Below, piece by piece: positions 52,401 to 61,400 of a stretch of 64,000 bases of DNA (position 1 is its first letter; the number at the start of each line of letters is the position of its first letter). The translations under genes and the position numbers were made by a program. Where the stretch lies: contig NC_047077.1 in assembly GCF_902459465.1 (NCBI RefSeq), positions 3,906,001 through 3,970,000 of the forward strand, read 5' to 3'. A model generated the notes under the pieces. That model did not search any database, was not told the DNA's origin, and was given only the letters and a program-made list of their open reading frames with translations. This DNA is from Asterias rubens (taxonomy: Eukaryota).

Positions 52401-55400
52401 TGGTATGCAACTAACCTGATAGCACCAATGCACTGTATATGGTATGCAACTAACCCGATAGCACCAATGCACTGTATATGGTATGCAACTAACCTGATAG
52501 CACCAATGCACTGTATATGGTATGCAACTAACCTGATAGCACCAATGCACTGTATATGGTATGCAACTAACCTGATAGCACCAATGCACTATATATGGTA
52601 TGCAACTAACCTGATAGCACCAATGCACTATATATATGGTATGCAACTAACTTGATAGCACCAATGCACTATATATGGTATGCAACTAACCTGATAGCAC
52701 CAATGCACTATATATATGGTATGCAACTAACCTGATAGCACCAATGCACTATATATGGTATGCAACTAACCTGATAGCACCAATGCACTATATATATGGT
52801 ATGCAACTAACCTGATAGCACCAATGCACTATATATATGGTATGCAACTAACCTGGTAGCACCAAAGCACTATATATGGTATGCAACTAACCTGATAGCA
52901 CCAATGCACTATATATATGGTATGCAACTAACCTGATAGCACCAATGCACTGTATATGGTATGCAACTAACCTGATAGCACCAATGCACTGTATATGGTA
53001 TGCAACTAACCTGATAGCACCAATGCACTATATATGGTATGCAACTAACCTGATAGCACCAATGCACTATATATATGGTATGCAACTAACCTGATAGCAC
53101 CAATGCACTGTATATGGTGTGCAACTAACCTGATAGCACCAACGCACTATATGGTATGCAACTAACCTGATAGCACCAATGCACTATATATGGTATGCAA
53201 CTAACCTGATAGCACCAATGCACTATATATATGGTATGCAACTAACTTGACAGCACCAATGCACTGTATATGGTATGCAACTAACCTGATAGCACAAATG
53301 CACTATATATATGGTATGCAAATAACCTGATAGCACCAATGCACTGTATATGGTATGCAACTAACCTGATAGCACCAATGCACTGTATATGGCATGCAAC
53401 TAACCGATAGCACCAATGCACTGTATATGGTATGCAACTAACCTGATAGCACCAATGCACTATATATATGGTATGCAACTAACCTGATAGCACCAATGCA
53501 CTATATATATGGTATGCAACTAACTTGATAGCACCAATGCACTGTATATGGTATGCAACTAACTTGATAGCACCAATGCACTATATATATGGTATGCAAC
53601 TAACCTGATAGCACCAATGCACTGTATATATGTCCTTGTTGTAGATGGGTTGCTGTTTTCCCTCAGCTCTGTCATCAGGAACTCCATAAGATCACCAAAT
53701 AGTTTGTTACTACTGCTCATAACCAGATGCCCTGAGGTTAACAAGCAATGTACAAAATAGTGATAGTATAAACCTGAGTTACTTTTTTGTATGACACAAA
53801 ACACAAATGTCTACAGATTTGCATCAAACTTACAAGTTAAAGATAATTATTCAGAATTCTCCAAAGGGTTAAATTTTTTCTGGGCAGTAAACTATCCTGC
53901 ACTATGTCAAATTGCACAAACCATTCCTGCTTGATCGGCAACTGCACAAACTGTTCTAGCAAGATCGACTGATTGTGGGAATATTTTTGTTCAAATCTTT
54001 TCAGCACAAACAAAACCCCTGATCCTGAACTAAAAATTCTCTTTGTGTGCAATCACCTGATATTGGAATGCGAGTTTTTATATTTTTGCCCGGTCACTGC
54101 ACACTAGATAAAAAAAGCTGCACACTAGATATCAAAAGATCGATCAACTATAGCACGTTGAAATGGTGGTTTGTGTTCATAGTGAAGTTATTTGGGGGTT
54201 TTGACCGGGCACTCAACAATTTTGTCCGGGCGCTACATTTTTTGTGTGGGAGCACTTGGTATTTTGAGAATTTTGGACGGGTGCAGCACACAGACATAAC
54301 CGCATGTGGAGAACCCATATACAACATATATTCTCTTGAAAACATTGCTCTGTGACTTTCACTTTTTTTTCTTCTTTAAAACTTGACAACTTTTGAGCTG
54401 AAACTTCTACAGGTAAACTATATAATGTACATATTTCTTCACAATAAGTAGAGATTCAGATCATGCCCCAAAACATCCACACAAGGTATCAAAACCCTTT
54501 TAACCATTAACCTCTTTCATTTATGATTACCTTCATTCAAACATCCAACAATAGTCAGAAATAATTGAACGTACCAAGTGCCAAGATTGCTCTCTTGCGT
54601 ACTGCCATCCTAGCACTGTTGAGCTGTGGTAGCAATGCACTTTGTATTGCAGAATGGAAACTCATAAGTAGACCTCCAAACCTGCTGAGAAGATCACCAA
54701 GAATATCCAATGCTTCCAACTTAACCGAAACATCCTCTTGCTGTAAATAAAAATATCAAGTGATTACCTTAGCTGTTGCATTGGTCAGTTTATTGACCTA
54801 TATGGGATTACCTTGGCTATTGCATTGGTCAGTCTATGGACCCACATGGGATTACCTTGGCTATTGCATTGGTCAGTCTATGGACCCACATGGGATTACC
54901 TTGGCTACTGCATTGGTCAGTCTATGGACCCACATGGAATTACCTTGGCTATTGCATTGGTCAGTCTATTGACCTGTATGGGATTACCTTGGCTATTGCA
55001 TTGGTCAGTCTATGGACCCACATGGGATTACCTTGGCTATTGCATTGGTCAGTCTATGGACCTATATGGGATTACCTTGGCTATTGCATTGGTCAGTCTA
55101 TGGACTCACATGGGATTACCTTGGCTATTGCATTGGTCAGTCTATGGACTCACATGGGATTACCTTGGCTATTGCATTGGCCAGTCTATGAACCTATATG
55201 GGATTACCTTGGCTTTTGCATCGGTCAGTCTATGGACCTAATGTGATTACCTTGGCTTTGCAGTGGTCAGTCCATAGACCTGTTATAAGTTATCACACAT
55301 GCGCAAGTGGAATACAGAAAAATATAGCGCGTCTGCGTCCAATATCCAACGAGGCCTAAGGCTGAGTTGGACGTGGAACGCAGACGCGCTATATTTTTTA

Positions 55401-58400
55401 CGTATTTTTCTTCCAGCCTAAGTTATGAGGTGAGGTTGTGTTTTTTGCTTTTAGTTTTGCACGTGTTAAGTTCAAAATGTTATTTTTTTGCACTGGCCGT
55501 ATGCGGAGCGTGACGCATTGACCCTCACGATACGCAATGTGCAATACAAAAACTGGGAGTAGGTTATAATACATTATGTTCATTTTATCACAGCATGCAA
55601 AAGAAAGATCACATTTTCCTTTGTGCCGGTAACTCCTCGAGTCGGGCTACGTCCCGTAGCCTTAGATCTCAAGAGTCTTTCTCAGGATCCTCGTCGTTCC
55701 AAAAGCGCTGCCTTCTGTAACAGATCTACCCTCACATTTGTCCCTATTTCATCTAGGTGTTTCCCCAGTGCTTTGGGAATGGTGCCAAGTGCTCCAACCA
55801 CCACGGAGACTACTTTTACCTTTACCTGCCAAATCTTTCGAAGTTCCCTGGCCAGGTCCTGGTACTTCTCGATCTATTCCATCTCGTTCGAAGCTACCCT
55901 TATATCACCTGGCACAGCTATGTCAATGAGATGACACATCTTCTTCGTCTTATCTAATAGTACAACATCCGTTGCATTGGTGCTATGTTGTATAACATGA
56001 TCAGTCTGAATGTTAAAGTCCCATAGGATCTTGACCTGGCCTGTCTCTACAACTTTCTCTGGGACATGGTCGTACCATTTCGCAAGCACTTTGACACCAT
56101 ACTTCTNNNNNNNNNNNNNNNNNNNNNNNNNNNNNNNNNNNNNNNNNNNNNNNNNNNNNNNNNNNNNNNNNNNNNNNNNNNNNNNNNNNNNNNNNNNNNN
56201 NNNNNNNNNNNNNNNNNNNNNNNNNNNNNNNNNNNNNNAAAACAAGCACGGCGCCGAAAACAACAAGCATAGCATACGATGATACTACGACGTATACTGT
56301 GTTGAGCTAGTTAATAAAGTTTGCGGTATAGTTTCGGCAGCAGAACATCGTGAAGATTTTAAGAGTGACAATTCAAAAGACAAGAAAGAACAACGATGAC
56401 TGATAACAAATGTTGAAATCAACAAATAAGTAGGCCTTGCATGCTGACAGAGCCAGAACAAGCCACCCGAAGGAACTTGACACTTTTTTGTTGATTCGCA
56501 TAAAGCTGCCAAGTTGAAGAAACCCTCAACACTGGAATATCATGAGATCATGTAACTAAGCTTAAAGAGTTGTTTGAAGGTTTCACTTTTGATCATAATG
56601 AATATCATGAGACACTTATTGATGAAGATGATTTAGAGGAAAGTGATACTTATTTCTACGATAAACAACTTGAGTATATATCAGTACTAAACATGGCTAA
56701 AGAATTCGGTAAACAGAAAGTTGTCAAGACTGAAAGCCCCTCAGAATCTAACACAGATAAGGCAGATGATTTGTCACGTGATGAGTTTTTGAGATTGCTT
56801 AACCTCCCAAAGGTAGAGTTAGAAGTATACCGTGGTAACCCATTGCATTTTCACCAATTTATGAGAGCTTTTGAGGTTAATGTAGATAAGGTTTGTAAGG
56901 ATCCAGATCTTAAGTTATCACGATTAATGCAGTACACAGCAGGTCCTCCTAAAGAGGCAATTAGGGGATGTCAACTTATCGGAGGTGAGACTGGGTATAC
57001 CCGGGCGTGTTTAATTTTGAATGAACGCTTTGGTAATGCTCACCTGGTAACCGAACGCCTTATGCGAGAACTAAAGTTAGGTAAATCAGTCAGGTCCCCT
57101 ACGGACATACGCCAGTTAGCTGATGATATGCAAAATGCCTTCCTTGTCCTTAACCAATTGGAGATGCTGCAAGAAGTCAATTCTCAGGCTGTTATTCTTG
57201 AAATTGTTGGCCGATTCCCAAATTACGTTCAGATGAGATGGAGAAAACTTGTGTTTAAGACAAAAAGTTCAACGATGACTGATAACAAATGTTGAAATCA
57301 ACAAATAAGTAGGCCTTGCATGCTGACAGAGCCAGAACAAGCCACCCGAAGGAACTTGACACTTTTTTGTTGATTCGCATAAAGCTGCCAAGTTGAAGAA
57401 ACCCTCAACACTGGAATATCGGCTGAGATGGGAAAAACTAAACAATCAAAGACATCCATCACCCCTCCAGCAGAGACCGATCAATCTACTTTGAAGAAAC
57501 ATGGAAAGTCAACAACCAAATCACTTAAAGCTGCCACTTTGAAGACACCTCACTCACTTCAGCCGGTAAAAACTACTGAGTCATTGATGTCAAACGGCCA
57601 AGAGAAATCTGCAAAAAAATGTACGCGTATCACTTTCAAGTTTAAGAAACAAGACGGGTTGTTAGCAACTGTTAACCGAAAGGGATCAACCAAGAAGTCT
57701 GTTACACATGATGAGTTAAAGAGAGTAACCAAGTTCAAGAAATCCACTAATTTAAAGAAGCTAGCAAATGTCGCAAAGTGTCAGAGTCAGATGAAGCCTC
57801 TACTCATCCCCTCTGGTGATTGATGTGTCACTATTCATCCTGGTACAGCATGAAAAGGGGCTTAGCATGGTTGATTCGATTCGGAAAATTTGTTCGTGGC
57901 CAAGGGCATAAGGGAAGACTCTCCGTAGAAGAAGTTCGTCATGCCACTGCAGTCTTAATCAGAAAAAGCCAATCCATGAGCTTCGCTCCCGAGATAGAGA
58001 GACTACAGCAGGGAAAGCCTGTAAAGTTGTCTAGTTCCCTCAGTACACTTAACCCTTTTTTGGATGACGAAGGTTTAGTTAGAGTTGGTGGTAGGCTTAA
58101 GGAAAGTAACATGAAAGAAAAACACCCGCACATCATCTCAGGTAGTCATGTTGTTGCCACGGCTGTCGTCAGGGATGTACACAATTTAGCTCATGTTGGT
58201 GTTGAGTGGGTCTTAGGCCTCGTCAGAAGAAGTTTCTGGTTGATTGGTGCGAGACGTCTAGTCAAGAGGGTTGGTAAAGCTTGTGTCACTTGTAAACGGT
58301 TATATGCCAAACCATGCGTACAGATCATGGCAGATTTACCTAGGGAACGTTTGGAGGATAATAAACCCCCCTTCACTTACGTAGGCGTAGACGTTTTTGG

Positions 58401-61400
58401 ACCTTTTCATGTTAAATATGGACGATCCGAAATTAAACGTTATGGTTGTTTGTTCACTTGCTTGAGTATTAGGGCTGTGCATGTAGAAAAGTTAGATTCG
58501 TTAGACACTGACTCATTTTTGAATGGTTTCAGACGTTTTGCCTCGCGCAGAGGCCACCCTGAAGTCGTGTTTTCTGACCAAGGTACCAATTTTGTGGGAG
58601 GTGAGACAGAACTAAGAAACAGTATCAAAAAGCTCCCCCGTAAATTCATAGATGCGTATGCCGTGAAAGAAAGCATAATTTGGCATTTTAATCCCCCCAC
58701 TGCGTCCCACATGGGGGGAGTGTGGGAACGCATGATAGGCGTCATAAAAAGAGTAATGATGGCTATTCTCCCTAGGTCTGTCAAGCTTACCGATGAAATT
58801 CTAGAAACTGTGTTTTGCGAAGCAGAATCTATCGTCAATGGGCGGCCGCTCAGCAAAATCAGCGACAACCTTGATGATTTTTCTCCTTTAACTCCCAGTT
58901 GTTTGTTACTCCTGAGAAATGGGTCCAGGTTACCGCCGGGTAAATTTGATCACCTTGATCGTTATGGCAGGCGCTGGAAACATGTCCAACACCTCGCCAA
59001 CCAATTTTGGCGTAAGTGGCTGAGATTGTACTTGCCAGAGTTGCAGAAAAGGTCAAAATGGTTCAAAGTAACAAACTGTTTGGCGGTTGGTGACTTAGTA
59101 CTTATAACTGATGAAATGACTCCTAGGAACCTCTGGCCTTTGGCGAGAGTGATTGCTGTAACCACTGGTAGAGATGGCCTAGTCAGATCAGTTAAGGTTA
59201 AGACAAGAACCACTGAGCTTGTCTGCCCAATAACTAAGATAGTTTTGTTGGAGTCGGCTAGTTCAGTTGATACTGAAATCAATGTGTAATTACTCCTGAT
59301 AGGGCGTAATTGAATTCACTCGAGGCCCCCATGTTATTGAAGGCGTTAGTCTATGAATTAGAAGTAATGGATGTAATTCTTGATTATGATTATTTTTCTA
59401 TTTGATAATGTTGTATATTATGGTAAGGGAATTTGCTTACCATAATGGGGCATATTTATGCTCCGTTTATTTTGCGTAAATTTGTTGTGTTTTCAGTATT
59501 GCGGCTCTCTCTTGTAAGATTTAAGGGTAATATTATATATGTTATGTATAAATTAGGGGGGAGTGTCATCTCCCACCGGTCATGTATTTATATTATTGTT
59601 TATAATTTATACGTTTCTCTTACGTTTACTAGCTTATCCTTATTTGTTTAAAGTCAAAGGTCAGTGCGCGCAGCCAATCGCCTGCGGGCATTTTAGGAAT
59701 TTGGTTTAAGGTGTGGCAAGCCCTATTTACCATACGCAGGTACCTGGGTGCCGGTATTTCTAGGTTCATTTCTTTTCCTGGTTTCGTTTGGTTAACTTCG
59801 CCGTATTTTTCTTAGTCAACCCCAGCTAGCTTTCATCGCCGTTTTCGTAAGTAGTATTTTCTTCGTTGTATAATATTTAATGTCACTTATTCCGATTGTA
59901 TTAAAGTATTGAATGCTGTAAAATTGCTTCCTTTCCATTTCAATGATCTAGGCTTTTTGCAGTTATTTTTGGTTCCCCTTGATGCTGTTTAAGTGGGGTA
60001 CAAAATAGAGCCGTCGCTAGATTTTGATATAAGATTTATGGTGCCACTAGGCAAAGCTAGTTTATTCTTCTAAATCCTATTTTGTGTACCCAACGTACTT
60101 GTCTCTAGTAATTGCTTTTATTGTGTGTGTATTAGTAGGATTTGTAACGTTGCATGGTGGTAATACGATTTAAAAAGGTTTGCGGTAACGCCTCTTAATT
60201 ACTATCTCTAAAACGAGTTTATATGTGTGTATTTCCCAACAGTTTTGTTATATATCAGTATGCCGCCGAAAACTCCCGTAAATCCCGTACATCGCCGTTA
60301 AGTTTCCCACAGTGTTGATGTGAATTTCCCGGTAACAATTTGTAAGTGTTAATTTAGTAAAGTCCATAATTGTACTGTTCATCTTTTGATATAGAATTGC
60401 AGAAGCAGATTTGTTCAAGCTTTAATAATGCATTCTTTAAATCCCTGTGATGAATCCGATTGCTTAGTTTCTTTAATCTTCTTTTAGAAACAATTGTCTG
60501 CTCATTTTCGTATAATCTTTCCGGAAGCCATCGATTGCGTTTTATTCAATCTTTCCGGAAACTCTGATTGCGTGTTTTATTTAAACACCCTGCTTATATC
60601 TTTGATTTTATTATTGAGTAATCTAATTTATGTATTTATATATTAATTATCTATTTCATTATTTGTTGTTCCATAGTTCACCTGCTCCTCGCTGAGTGCG
60701 AATAAAACTACCGGGTCGAACAAACACAATTTTGTCCACGTCTTTCATTGTTTCATCAACACCGTGACAATTATTATTATTATTATTATTATAATTATTA
60801 TATGTGATTACCTTTGCTATTGCATTGGTCAGTCTTCCAGTGATGCTCTTACAGATGTTTGCAGCAAGAGGACTTGATGCTGGTGGCAGTTCATTAATCA
60901 CTGTTTTAAGACCTGACAAAAAAATGTACAAATTACTAGGAAATAGCTGATGGATGAACAAAACTGTTTAAAGGATGTCAATTTGTTGTTTTGGAAAATT
61001 TTAAGGTGACTTTTGTAAGTAAACCAAGATAACATTATGCAATATACCTCAATCTTAAAATGTTGTAAATATCTTCAATATCCATGTAAATATATCTCTC
61101 AGACCTCACACTCGTTAAAATAACTTAATCCTTACTGAACCTGAATTGTTGCTCCATTGCCAGAAACTGTGCAAAGCAAACATCTGTTTGTCATCTTTCT
61201 AAACTGGAACGACTTTGTTGGTTCAGAGATAACAAGGGACTTGATATCTGGTATCACAACATGATGTGCTATTGGTTCAGTGTTAACAAGGGACTTGATA
61301 TCTGGTACCACAACATGATGTGCTATTGGTTCAGTGTTAACAAGGGACTTGATATCTGGTATCACAACATGATGTGCTAATGGTTCAGTGTTAACAAGGG

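Larger units (their letters stand above)
56239..60769 (+). mobile_element. BEL/Pao LTR retrotransposon, internally deleted; only the 3' LTR is visible
   Basis: Gag fragment, integrase ORF, PPT aggggggag at 59555-59563, and LTR tgtca...tgaca at 59564-60769 with AATAAA at ~60701. Confidence 0.9.

Noticed and set aside
51058-55246. ORFs such as [13 protein letters not shown] and [15 protein letters not shown]
   Set aside because: Artefacts of the donor-derived minisatellites
61141-61247. Extra CAND1 exon at the end of the 54-bp array
   Set aside because: Its phases (1 to 0) do not fit the phase-1 intron, the peptide is unrelated, and CAND1 is continuous without it
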